Shown here piece by piece: positions 23,343 through 36,782 of a stretch of 64,000 bases of DNA. The notes under the pieces are model-generated. The model was not told where the DNA came from, ran no database searches, and saw only the letters and a program-made list of their open reading frames with translations. Source of the stretch: Bigelowiella natans CCMP2755. Its lineage: Eukaryota > Protista > Cercozoa. Numbering within the stretch: the stretch's first letter is position 1; each line of letters opens with the position of its first letter. Made by a program: the position numbers and the translations under genes. The stretch lies in NCBI GenBank assembly GCA_000320545.1, contig ADNK01000510.1:114764-178763 (forward strand). The letters run 5' to 3'.

Positions 23343-25235
23343 ATGCAATCGCAGCCACAACCAGGAGGTATCAGTGCATGCTAGAGTTAACGGAACTCAG
23401 GAAGTCTGTTCTATTTTCTCCACATAATTAAATGCATTCCACATCATTTCTTCGGCTGAGCTAGATTGTACATTTCAATAGCGTCTTCAGCAATGGAAGT
23501 GAAGCAACCGTCCGTGTACTACGTGATGGAGGAGGGCAGTCGGACTATGATGCATCCGAAACTTCTCAAGTCTAAGATTGAGTCTGGCCAGGTTTTCCCG
23601 TTAATTTATTTGCTTTCTTATTTGTGAGGTATCTGTATGATGATCCACGTCAGGATTATCGTCAAAATTTGTAGTCGACATAGATAATTTACAGTATGCC
23701 TCTCTGCAGATCGACGGGGAAACTCTCGTGTGGGCAGATGGCATGCCCAAATGGGTTCAGGTAGAAATATGCTGCTTCTCCTCAAGAAGCATATAAGTGC
23801 TGCCTGCCTGCAACGTTTAACTATCACATCTATCATTATCCTTCCTAACATAGATCGCAGAAATTCCAGAGTTCAAAGAAATCCTTCCTGAAAGCGACCC
23901 AACTATGTCTGCAGCGGCTGCAATGCGCAACGAAGGTGATTTGACTCAATCAAAGTCTCCGCTTTGGGGACCACCACTGATTTCTTTTTATTTTCTAGCA
24001 AAAAATATCCAGCAATGGTACTACCTTCATCCTAGCACGCAAGCCAGAGAAGGTACCTTTCTTCATCTGGATCAAGTTTTTAGGTGAGAGAGGGTCTGAC
24101 ATATTTTGAACCAAAAAAAAGGTCCGTTCGATTCAAGCATCATTCAGTCTCTGATAGCACACGGCTCTATTACCAAAACAACACTGTTGTGGTGCGAAGA
24201 GGTAGAAACACGCTGAGCAGCATTCATGGAACTTTCTCGCAGCATGGGTGTCGCGATGAGTAATTTGAATTGAATCATCAGTATGAAAGTAATAATAGGA
24301 AATGGTTTACCTCGAAACAGATGGGTGAAACGTGGTCCGAAGCCAAGGATATCACAGACTTTGAAGAATCTTTCAAAGGTTTTTCTCCACATTTGCTTCT
24401 TGCATCTAATCTATGCACTCACGCACTTCTACGATGTTTCTCTTCCGTTATACATTCCTTTCATGCTGCAGGTAGCAAGAAAGCCGCAGCGACAGCAGAA
24501 TCCACTGCTGCTGCTACATGGTTCTATACGGACAAATATCGTAAGCAGCAGGGCCCGGTCGCAGAAAGCGTAATAGCCAAGGTAGAATTTCTCTTCGACG
24601 TGTAGGGAGAGAACATAAATAGAGGCGATTTTAATCTCACTCACGAACAGTGCTTAGTTTCTGTTAGGCTCGTTGGTGTATGTGTGTCATATGTGTGTTT
24701 GTGTGTGTGTGTGTGTGTGCGCGCGCCCTCTTAGTGTTTCACTGTGTAATGCTGGTGTGCGTCGTAATAGTTGATGCAGACAAAAGAGTTGACTGAAGAC
24801 TCGCTAGTGTGGAAAGAGGTACCGCTCTACCCACACACACACAAACACACATACACACAAAGATACAATCCTTCCAAGTCCATTCAGTAAGGAGCCTGAT
24901 ATCATAATCCATAGGGAATGGGCGAGTGGAAGGCTGTAAAATTGCTGCCGGACCTGGCTAAAAAAGTGAAGGAACTACTAGCTAGGACCGAGGAAGGAAA
25001 GCAAGAGGACAGCGAAGCAGCATCCTCAACAGCACCCAAAACCGCACAGCAAAAGAAAAAGAAGAAAAAGAGGAAGAAAAAATGGAAGACCTTTGAGAAT
25101 ACACCTCATGTTTACGTGCAGGTAATAGTCTCCTTTCAGTACGAAAGAGTAGCAACGATATATGGGAAAGGAAAGAAGAAAGACAGCCGTGCATCATGTT
25201 CTTGCTACATGGCACAGATACTACGCAGCACACAT

Positions 25236-25281
<46 letters not shown>

Positions 25282-26161
25282 GTTCCCCTCTTTCCTTCTC
25301 TTTCTCAGGGGTTTCCGAAGGATGTGACTGCCAAGGAGATTCAAGTCAGTCGTAGAAGTAGTAGTAGTAGTTAGTGATTTATTCGATTATTCGATGATAA
25401 CAGACATATCACGTGCGAATGACATGTAAACCCCATCCATCTTACGATCATCCACATGTAAATTAAATTCCTCCAGTCTTGTCAGTAATCCAAAAGGGAT
25501 TCCATAGCAAAGATTAACTTTAGCTTCTTCCAAATGGAGAGCAGCACAAGTGTAATCAAGGTTTTGTTGTCAGGAGCATTTCAAGAAAGCTGGCATAATC
25601 GCGACCGATATTAGTGGGAGGCCTCGTATCAAGATATACAAAGACAAGCAAGGCACTCCCAAAGGTGGTTCCTAATGCCATTTTCTCCATTTCCGACGAA
25701 ATGTTATCAGCCTCCTTTTTCCTCCTCGCTTATCTTTATGAGCAGCTTACTGTTGATGCGAAGAAAATAGTACTTAGGAAATGATGATTCTCATATACAA
25801 TGGTTGCATCATCATTATCATCATCATCATCAGCAGCAGCAGCACCCGTTGTCATCGTTTGTTGTTTGTTACACCCCAATCAATCAACCAACTGTGCAGG
25901 AGACGGTCTCGTGACCTACATGAAAGTTGAGTCGGTTCCACTCGCGATCCAGTTTGTCGATCAGACAGAAATTCGTCCAGGGTAAGACTAACAATGATGA
26001 TAATAGTAACGATGACAATGATATATAGCAGCATATGGGTCACAGGCTGCTAGCAGTAGTAATAGTAGTATTAGTTGCAGAAGAAGAAGAAGATCTAATG
26101 ATATATGCTATTGGTGGTGCTGCTGAGTGCAAGTTTCTAATACCATCATCATTACTTTGCT

Positions 26162-26200
<39 letters not shown>

Positions 26201-26914
26201 ACATGTTGTCGGAGTAGTCAGTACTTTCAAGCAGCTGATAGAACCTATAATCCCCACCATGAGGGATGGATGGATGCATGATTGCTGCTGTTTTTGTTTT
26301 TTGTTGTATTTTTTAAATGGTCGATGATGATGATGATGTTGCTGCTCAGATTCAAGCTCACCGTGCAGAAGGCTGAGTTCCAGCAGAAAGGGGAAAAGTT
26401 CATTGAGAAGAAGCACAAGAAGGCCGATATCAAGTTCAAGAGATTTCAACAATCGACAGCTTTGGATTGGGACGAGGATGGGGTAAAGGAAATCAAGGTA
26501 TAATACAAGACTACGTGCAGCATAGTAGTGTGTACCCAATAAATAAATAAATAACACAGCCAGACGAAGAAGCAGCACCGTCGATGATTGTTCCTTTATC
26601 CTCCCAATAATAAAGAAATGAATACCAGAAGGGATTTGTTGAATTGTTGTTGTCGATGAAATATCGACTGAGGAGCGACAGAATAGTGGTGATGTGTGTG
26701 GTGGGTACCATACTCGTCATCTGTTGCTCGATCACGTCGTTCCTTATTCGTCCTCGTCTTACTAACTGACCTCCTCCTCTTCCTCCTGGTGATCTGTTTG
26801 TGGTTTTTACTCTTACTCTTAATAATGACTATGATTATAATAATAATGATGATGATGTCGATGCTGCTGCTATTGCGGTTGTGGTGATTGGTGTTGTTGT
26901 TGGTGGTACTATCG

Positions 26915-26949
<35 letters not shown>

Positions 26950-28473
26950 AGGGATTTCGAATCGTAATATTGAAACACATGTTCACGCCCTTGGAAGCCA
27001 AGCCTGACCGAGACAAGTTCTTCGATGAACTCAAGGTGTGCTCATTCATCATAATCATGATGATGATGATGATGATGATGATGGCCCTGCTGCTGCAACT
27101 ACGAAAAGAAGGAAGAGGAGGAGGAGGAAGAGGAGGGAGCTGAAGGGGATAGATGATAGATAGGAGTGAAGGAAGGAAGAAGGGGAGATTGAGCATTCTC
27201 ATCTTTCAAAATTACTGCATACCTTTCTGTATGCTACTACTCAGTACAACAAAATATTAAGAATTGGTGACAAATCCACGACGACTGCTCTCACTGGCTT
27301 TTCTTATGATTGATTACAGGAAGAAGTGGGTGCGGAAATTGAGAAGGTGCTCATACTGGTGGTGGTGGTGGTGGTGGTGGTAGTGCTGGTGGTAGCGGTG
27401 GATTTCTATTTGTCTTGACATCATGTAGGTGTATGTGTACATGCAATATATCTTTGAAAGGAATATCTACAATACTAAATTACCATATGTATTATGAGGG
27501 AGGGAAGGAGAGAGAGAGAGAGAGGTTTCATACACTCAGGCTGAATATATCAACGATGACAGAAATGTGGAGAAATCGAGAAATTCACGGTGTTTGAGAA
27601 CAATCCAGACGGCGTTATTGCGATTAAGTTTCAGGTAGCAATGATAGTAACCCTGTCGCAGCAGCAGCAGGACGAACGAACACCATCAGTATTTTGACCA
27701 ACATGTTGAATACTTTCCTAAGATTCTCCAAAATACTGATCTTTTTCTGTCACTGTGGTCAGAATGGTAGCAGCGCTCACAAGTGCATCGAGACTATGGA
27801 TGGAAGGTCACGACACAGCTAATAATTGCATACGATGTAGTAGTAGTAGTAGTAGTAGTAGTAGAAGTAGTAGTAGTAGAGTAGTAGTTGTGTGGATATT
27901 CAAGATATTATTTCACAGCTATGTCATTTCTTCCAACAATCATTACTTTAAACAACCCCCTTCAAATGGATCACCCACCGACCTAATCCTCGTTGGAAAT
28001 AGTATTGATATAATTAATTATAATAAATGCATAGATTCTTCGGTCAGAGAAAAATTGAATGCTTTTACTTCGATGGGAAAACTAATTACAAGGTGCTGAG
28101 GCAGTTGGAACGCCTGCACACACACACATACACACACACACGCAACCGGAACCACGATCAAAGATAAAATACAACCGAATGAGCGGACAAGTAAATAGCT
28201 GAATAATGTGTGTTGTTAGCAGTTAGCGTATGCATCTATACTCTGTCTTATAAATATGGGAAGTCCGACCTGGTTCCTACTCTCATCTTGTGTGTCTCTT
28301 CGTTATCATTCTGTGGCGTCGTCGTCGTCGTCGTCGAGCAGGTGGGAGCATCCGAGGAAGAGGAACGGGAGCGAGCAAAAGAGTATGAGAAATGGTTGAT
28401 GGCAGAGCAACAAGAAGAACCGGCTGGAGAAAAAGAAAAGGAGCAGCCGATGGCATCAGCATCGCAAAAATGA
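23343..28473 (+). CDS. HTATSF1: Tat-SF1/Cus2 U2 snRNP-associated splicing factor (RRM+UHM) with three N-terminal GYF_2 domains
   Basis: RRM: NTPHVYVQ|GFPKDVT..FKKAGII..PRIKIYKDKQG..GDGLVTYMKVESVPLA..LTVQKAEFQQKG. UHM: IVILKHMFT..CGEIEKFTVFENNPDGVIAIKF..MDGR|FFGQRKIECFYFDGKTNY. GYF_2: ETLVWADGMPKW, TTLLWCEE|MGETW, WFY..QQGPV..DSLVWKE|GMGEW. May start further upstream (~22899). Confidence 0.9.
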
Positions 28474-29025
28474 TTGCTGAAGGCGCTATTATTGAGCAAA
28501 TGACCTTGTAAGTTTTCTCTCCATGATCAAGATCGGTCGACATGCAGTGCGCTTTTTGTTGTCACTGATGCAAGTGACTAGGTCTGTCGCAAAGGTGGAC
28601 TCACTGCAGCACAATGAATGTTAGTAGCTAGTTATTGTTGGCTGACTAGTAGCGATCATGCGAAGCGTTTGCTTCCTGCATGTGCATCATCACAACCGGG
28701 TCAAACCTGCAACGAACTTCGTGTCAAGCTGTGCCAATCGGATGTCATTGACGCAGTGCAGAGTGTGCCTTGCTAGCTTGCTAGCTTGGTTGAGGGCACA
28801 TGCGCGGTAGCAAACTGCTCATGCTCATGTCTAGGTGTGTGTCACCCCCGCCAACCAAGCTAGCGAGAGAGCAGGCATGTGCGTAGGTGTGACCGTGACA
28901 GACGAGAAGGTTGGGCTCACGTTGCGCTGTTGCATGCTAGCTAGCAAGCATCTCTGCAAATGCGAATGTGCAATGCATGCAGCAGCACATGCTTGTGATG
29001 TCCGAGCGCGCAGCAACGCACCAGT

Positions 29026-29049
29026 TAGCTAGCTAGCTAGCTAGCTAGC
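29026..29049. repeat. (TAGC)n / (CTAG)n palindromic tetranucleotide repeat
   Basis: tagctagctagctagctagctagc; similar runs at ~11674-11684, ~46129-46144 and ~60930, all in 3' spacers. Confidence 0.9.
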
Positions 29050-29552
29050 CCGCATTAGCATTGCTAGATTGCTAGATTGTGTGTCACATGCCAGCATGCA
29101 CACAACTCTAGAATTAAACGAGAGAATGTCTAGTACGTTTGGAAACATCCACGCATCTGACAAAGCGAAAACATCTCATTTTCTTCTTTCTCGATCTGCT
29201 AGCGAGCGCCCCCCTCTGCTAGCCTTTTGCACCGCACAACAACGCGCATTTTGCTAGGACTACGTACGCACAACAGTTGTTGTGTGTGGTCCTGTACCGC
29301 ACATGCAACTGCACAGCGCACAAGCTAGCAAGTCATTACCGCTGTGCATCACATCCATGTAACACTTCTAGACTTCTAAGACATTGCACAATCATTTCAC
29401 AAGACATGTACATAGTGTAGTTTCTTGTTTCATGCGTGTTATCTATTCCACGAATTGCAAGCATCATGCATTCGTATGTAAATATTATGTAAAGTAAGTC
29501 AATTGCTACCTAAAATACGGTGACTAGCAGAAGCACACCACAGCAATGCTAA

Positions 29553-29588
<36 letters not shown>

Positions 29589-29686
29589 AATGTCTGAGTC
29601 GATCTGCATTGGGCTTACGCTTACACTATCAATAAATCATTCAATTTAAATTGGTTGACGATGTCTTCTCTCACACATCACGATCA

Positions 29687-31014
29687 TCAGACTATGTCAT
29701 TAAGCTCCGATTCCAATATTTCTATTAGTTCTTCAGGTCTCGAACGTCCTCCGTGAGCTGCTGAGATACTACTCGGCACCTCTCCGCCATTATTATTATT
29801 ATTATTTTTAGTAGTAGTAGTAGTAGCGTCTGATGATGCGGAGATAGTAACGGAAGGAATGGTGGTGCCTTCAGGAGCTTTTTCTAGCATATTGATCAGC
29901 GTGGCTAACGTGTAGACTTCCGGGACGACTCCGTCCTCCTATTCAAAGCAAAGCAAGATTGTCGAGCCAAGGGTGGTGTCAAGTTTTGAAAGGGCGACAG
30001 ACAACGCGGAGGCAGACAGGCAGGGAGGAAATGATGTAGGGAAATGAATTCGAGTGTATTGGGGGCTCTTCTATTGACAAAAGCACCTTATTATATACTG
30101 CTATCATCACGCTACCTTTATCGAACGGTAGATTCGTTCCGCGTAAGATGCAGCTGCTGCCCCCCCCCCCTCACCGCCCCCATATTTCTCGCAGCTGGCG
30201 GCTATTGTGTTGTACACCACCACTGTCGGAGGGGAGGGGTGGTGGTGATGGTGACGATTTCTATTTTTCGTCGACGTTTCTGTCGCTACTGCGGTTCCGT
30301 CATCGTAGTCGTCTCTAGGTGGAACATTCACTGACAACGGTGTTGTTGATGTCGTTGTTGTTGTGGAGCTGGGAGATATTGTGCCCACCAGCTGCCGATA
30401 TTGCTCGAAGTACTCGAATGCAAGATCCAGCTCACCTTAAAAAACAAAAACAAGAAATCAGATCGTCGGGCAAAGGGGCAGGAGGAAGAGGAGGAGGAGG
30501 AGGGGGAGGAGAAAGAAAACGAAGAGGCCATGATGCCAGAGATAAAACATAGAACGATTTCATTCTCAACTAATGCTGGTGAAGATGCTTTTGAGTCAAC
30601 CATTGCTGCCACTTCTTCTACGACTACTGTACGACTACTGCTACTACTATTTCTTCTACTACTAATACTACTACTCAACTATCATTATCATCATCCTCAT
30701 CGTCATCATCATCATCTTTGTATATCCACCTGCAGCGCCCAACGCATGAATCAAGGCTGCGTACGTGAAGGCATCTCTCCTAATCTGTGTGCTCTCACCA
30801 ACAGCGTCACGTGCACTATTTTTCCCCCCCCCCCCCCCCCCTCCTCCTCTCCTATTCGATGAGGATGGTGATGACGATGATGTGAGAGAACGGCTACTGC
30901 TGCCACTGTGTTCCATTTCAACAATCTTATTGAATATTGATAGCGCAGCTCTCCACTCTCCCGCTCCTGATATATCGAGATGTATTATTAAGATATATAC
31001 ATATTATTAAATAG

Positions 31015-31062
<48 letters not shown>

Positions 31063-31542
31063 TATTATATATATACATTGTGCGCGAGTAAATATGCAGT
31101 ATTGTGCATTTGTGAGTGGCGTATGGGGTGGTGAAATGGGCGTGCTCGTCTACATGTAACTAACGTCTCTTCTACTAGTTTACCGCCGCATGCGGAGATC
31201 GCAGCGTTGTACGAGATGATCGAGGGAGCGATCCGATCTCGAGCCATCTCGTCCACAAGGAGATGTAGAGCTCGCTGCCATTCACCTGATGGTGACGTGG
31301 TAGAGTACCAAGATACACATCATGTGCATTTAGATGAAGACGAGTACGCTTAGATATGATATATTGGCAATATTTATTATCCTTTTTTTGATTTCGAAAT
31401 GATCATACTGTTCTGGGAGTAATATAGACGTACTACGAATTACTTTCCATCCCCCTCTCGTTATCAAAATACATCTATTTACCGGTTACTATATGATGCA
31501 ATGCCAGCATCCCCTTCCTCTCCCTGTCCCCCCCCTTAAATT

Positions 31543-31578
<36 letters not shown>

Positions 31579-32308
31579 TCTTCTCTCTCTTACACACACA
31601 CACACACACCTGCTTTTTGACAAGCTGAGATGGCTGCATTGTAGGTGATGACACTTCGAGGGATCCTTTTTGCGCTCATTTCTTCCACAAGAGACAGAGC
31701 TCGCTGCCAATCCCTCGCCTTCTCACAAGCGGAGATGACTGAGTTATATGTGATCTGGTCTCGGGCAATACTACTACTACTACTACAACTACTACTACTG
31801 CTGCTGCCACTGCCTGTTGTTCCCTGCTGCTGCTGCTGTCTTTGAATTGCTCCCTGACCTTTTTTGTTATGCGGTTCTATATCGACCTACCAAAATTAAT
31901 CATATCATTTGAGGAGGAGGAGGAGGAGGAGGAGGAGGAGGTGAAGCAACAGATGCAAACGCGCACATGTACGCGTGTATGTGTGCGTTTATTTGTGTGT
32001 GTGTGTGTGTGCTTCTCCGGACATCTTCAGTACCAAAAAAAAATTCCAAAAATACAAGCCGGCGCGCCTCTTCTCTCAAATTCTTAAGCGTCGTCATCGT
32101 GCTGCAAGATTTTGCTGTTTCGGGGAGAAAAAAAGGACTACTACGGACTAAAGCAATGACCATAGAGTCGAAGAGCTCCAGTGCTGCCTCAAGATCACCA
32201 GCTTTCTCACACACGGTAATCGCGCTATTGTACGTTATCGTGTTCGGTTGAACCTAGTGGCGGGATTGATGATGATTCAAATCGAATGCTATTTTATTAA
32301 AGATGAAA

Positions 32309-32345
<37 letters not shown>

Positions 32346-32986
32346 AATGAATCAACTCTGTGGTCGCACCGCAGCTGAGAAATCATCTCAGGTTTCAAAG
32401 TTACCGTAGAAGTTATTCAGATATGTGATTTCGAATAATAAGTGTTTGTGAGTAGTCAGAGTGGTAAATAGATAGAATGGTTGCCGTTCATCGTCGCTAC
32501 TACGGATTTCATGCAAATAGCCGTCCTCCTTCTTCTTCTATGTCTACTCCTCCTCCCCCTCCTCCTCCTCCTACTACTACTCTACTACTACCACCTGTGA
32601 CTGGTCCATTCGGTCAATGAGATTGAGAGCAATATCTACACGTGCAGGCTCTTCCAATGCATGAATAGCTGTGTTGTAGCTTATCACATCGGGTAGCACC
32701 TAGTAGAAGTAGTAGTAGTAGTGGTAGTAGTAGTATCATCCAACTGTTAGTCAGTAGTCAATCAGGAAAGCATAGTGCTGCATATATAGACAAACATTGA
32801 ATGGTTCCTTCTCTCCCCCTCTCTCTAACGCTCTCTGTGCTCTTGGTCCTCCTCCCCTTTCTTCCTTTCTTTCATTCCCCTCTCCCCTCCGCGACCGAAT
32901 CAGCCTGCATTTCATCGAGCATTGATAGCGCCAGCTCCCAGTTTGATGGTGTTCTGTCGTAGTAGGTGTTCGTCGTTAATATTATT

Positions 32987-33024
<38 letters not shown>

Positions 33025-34158
33025 GTGGTGAGCGGGTGGGCGCTGTTGGTAATCATCGAATTATGACAGAGAGTTGTCAGTAAGAGCTCCTCCTCCTCCT
33101 CCTCCTCCTACTAGTAGTAGTAGTAGTACTACTGCTACTCTACCCTCACCCAGCGGCTGCCGTCTTGATAATGGCGTTGTAAGTGAAGGCATTCCGTGGG
33201 ACGTTCAGCTCCTTCATCTGGGACAGTAGGGAGAGTGCGGTCGCCCACGCCTTTTTGCCCCTGATAGCCGATATCGCCGATGAGAACGACACCGTATCAG
33301 GATGCACAGAAGCTTCTCCCATCCCATGTAGCAGCTCTACTGCAATGTCGCCGCGCCGACCCACTTTGGCTGCGTATATGGCAGCGTTGAAGGTCACACC
33401 ATCTGCTAGAATCTGGTAGATGGAGAGGGGGAAGAGGAGGAGGAGGAGGAGGATTAATACGAGGTTGTACCAAGGAGATATCATCATCACCCTACTCTTT
33501 CTCTCTCTCTCTCTCCCCTGTTATGGTCTGTATAATGAAATGTGTTGTTCCACACAACCAAACAGCAAACAGCTTCTTGTTGTTGTTGTAGTAGTTGTTG
33601 TTACCTCTGCATCTGCGTCCTGGTTACTACCAATCACACCTGCCAAGGCACGGGGAAGGGGAGAAGTGGAAAACAACCGATTTTGCTGCTGGTCAGCGGC
33701 ACCAACAGTATCATCATCATCATCCATGCCAGCAGTCTCGTCTGTCGTTCCTGCTCCTCCTCTCCTTTTCATATCCTTCGTGTGATCTATGAGATGATAG
33801 GCCAGCCGGAGTGCCGACGCCCTACGAGGAGAAGGAACACGAGAGCGAGAGAATCATGGAGAGAGGGAGGGAGAAGCAGAAAGTTGTTAAGGGGGGGCAA
33901 GTTAACTGCAGATTCTCCACTTACCATTGGCCTGAGCGCGTGAGTACTGTGATAATTGTGTTGTATGATACAACATCCCGGCTCAGCTAATAAGGAAACA
34001 AACAGTAGGAGGGGGGGGGGAGAGGAGTATAAGGCTTGTGAATTTTTTTGAATGACCACAATAAAAAATGATCGTTTTGATGCTAGACTGTACAATACCA
34101 TCGTCTGCTGATCTAACTATGAATGAACACTGTCTCTCCTCTCGTTTCTCTCTGCATA

Positions 34159-34197
<39 letters not shown>

Positions 34198-34198
34198 A

Positions 34199-34274
<76 letters not shown>

Positions 34275-34804
34275 GATATCTGGTCTCTTTTAGGTTCTTG
34301 TTCTCCCTCTTCTTCATCATTCCTCACAAGTTACGACGTACGTGCTTCTCGGGGATCGACTTGAATATTGAGAGTGCCTTCCTCCAGTTCTTTGTGTTCC
34401 TTTGCGCACTCATGGCCGTGTTGTACAGCTGAAAGAGTAATCAAGCATAACGATGATGATGATGATGATGATGGCATAGACAATAACAGCATCGTATAGA
34501 TCATTAATATAGTGGGTGGTAAGTTCCTAAAGAAGGGGAGAGAAATCATCGTCACGAATCTCTAAAAGCATTGTTTTTTTATTATTACCTCAGTCGATAT
34601 CACGTCCTTTTTCACTGCTTTGTTAAACATATCCATCGCATCTTTGTTCCTACAGGAAGAAGAGAGAAGAAGAAGGAGAAGAAGAAGAAGAAAAAGAAGG
34701 AGGAAAAAGGCCATGATGAGGACAATGGTTTCGACAGGATTATTTACATTAATTCAGCATCACATACAAGTTAAATATGTGTGAGTTTATATATTAAATA
34801 GTGA

Positions 34805-34835
<31 letters not shown>

Positions 34836-36173
34836 CTTGTGGATTCCACCTTCCCATCTCTGCATTTGAGCGGATAAGAATTGCAAACCTTTCAAAAAAG
34901 GACAGACAGAAAATACCCAAGAAGCACAAATTAGCTGGGAAGGGAATCAGTAATATGAGGTAGCAGCAATATATACAACTCATAAGAGCGGTAGGCGGCC
35001 ATATCATCCTGATTTGCATTGTCTTCATGGTTGGTTACATACTCTCTTGAATCAAGGTCGGGAAGACGTCGTAGTTGCCGCATCAACGAATCAAACTGAC
35101 GGAGAAGGAGTCGTATGCATATGAGTTGAGGAGTCGCATATGTAGATGATGAGCTCCATCAAGGGAAAAAAGAGGCATGCATGATGTTTCCGCTAAATTC
35201 TCGATTTGTGTGGTATCGTTCAAGCATTTTGGCATTCAATAAACAAATGCTTTCCAATCTTTCATTGTTGTTATGAAGTAAAGGGAGGTCGTTCAATCAT
35301 TTACAGGACACTGCGAAATATAGCTTTCTCTGCCTTATGGGGCGCAATGCAGCCAGAGACGATGACGACGACGACGACTACTACCTTTTCTCGCCGGTGC
35401 TTTCGGCTGCAAATACGAAGCTCCTTAAACTTATTGAACCGCTTCTCCATGTCTAACAACGGTACTTCCCCTTTTGATGACGATGATGATGACGACGATG
35501 ATGATGATGATGATGATGATGAGGGGTACATCCCACTATTACCAGCGGCGGCACATCTCCTAACAAGCTGTTGCCTACTGTTGGTACTCTTTATCATGTA
35601 AAATTCTGAGGAGGTGTCATCGTTACTGCTTATGGTGACGACAGGAAATTGATCGAAGTTGTTGTTAAGTGTGGGATTGGGTCTACGGAGAGAGTATCGA
35701 CTACGGTGGAGCGAGGAATGTCGGCGGCTGCGGCACCGAGAGGAGGAGAAGGAAGGAGGAGATGAGGAGGAAGAGGAGTAAAGTGCATTGCTAGGAATAA
35801 CTCGACTTCTACTACAGATGCTGTACAGTGGTCTAGTGGTGCTGCCAGTTGATGTGATGATTGTTGTCGGAAATTGTCGGTGGGGATGGGATGCTGATAT
35901 TGTGTGTGGAGATAGAGGGGTGCTGTGCGGGTGCCTCAGAAGAGGGGATTGGACTCTTATCGTCATTAAACTCTCGCCATAATATGAAGTGCTCGCTAGG
36001 GCAAGCGACAGCAAGGCGGTTGCTGAAGTCAATGCACATCGAAGCCGTACTCTAGCCGTGTTACCGGGTGCCTTTCACGCAGATTACAAGGTAATAATCA
36101 GAGATGCGTTATTATGAACACATTGTGAAGATAGAGTCAAGTCCTGACATGCCTTCCGGTCACTAATCATCAT
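29687..36173 (-). CDS. Pentatricopeptide repeat (PPR) protein, probably plastid-targeted
   Basis: Repeated PPR exons: VTFNAAIYAA, PDTVSFSSAISA, RNAFTYNAII, PNTITYNSAITVCEKAG, PSIISYNAAISACG, RDAFTYAALIHALG, PEVYTLATLI. Hydrophobic leader followed by an S/R-rich region. Confidence 0.9.
34161..34270. repeat. Intronic compound microsatellite (TA)n-(TG)n-(GA)n
   Basis: Read directly, within a PPR gene intron. Confidence 0.95.
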
Positions 36174-36782
36174 GTTTTTGCAGCATTGTGATTTTGTGCA
36201 TTAGATCCCAACGAAATCATCCTCTCAAGGCCCTCCGACGAAGATCTACTCACGACGACAATCTATGTACCATGTGAGGTTGGCTGCGGTGACATCCGTA
36301 GTTCCCCGGCCCCGGCATCGTTTTCCGGAAGACCAAGCGAACGATCACACCCCAGCTGTAGAGTAAACAGCAGCCCAGGGTGGGGGGGGTACGACCTATG
36401 CTGTAGTAGCGCAGAAGCAAACGTGACGTAATAATGTAGTGCGACAAAGAATATTTGACAAAAATAGCCCTCTTGTGATAAAATACCGTTCGGTACCTAG
36501 GCCTGTGCTCCCATTTTGGGTCCCGAGAGTAGGAAGACACTGCTATTCGGCATTGCGACATGGTCTCAGACAGCTGTCCACCGATTTCAGTGTGCGACAA
36601 GATAAATGCATGTCGCATTGAAAATATTACGCCTCGTTTCCGCAGACGCCACCCGAGCGCTATCCCTATCTACGAGCAGAAGTCAACTAGTGAATGCTGC
36701 ACCGTGGCATGAGAGTCGCGGCCACCGCTGCAGCACGCCGGCTGGTAGTTGCAACTGATTCTTAACTCCGTGAGAATGTTGT

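Noticed and set aside
22920-24260. Degenerate transposase on the minus strand (CGCDCM...)
   Set aside because: All minus frames are stop-ridden; most of the region is explained by plus-strand GYF_2 exons
28540-29340. CpG methylation-deamination as the cause of the TpG/CpA excess
   Set aside because: CpG is plentiful in the islands while TpA is the missing dinucleotide
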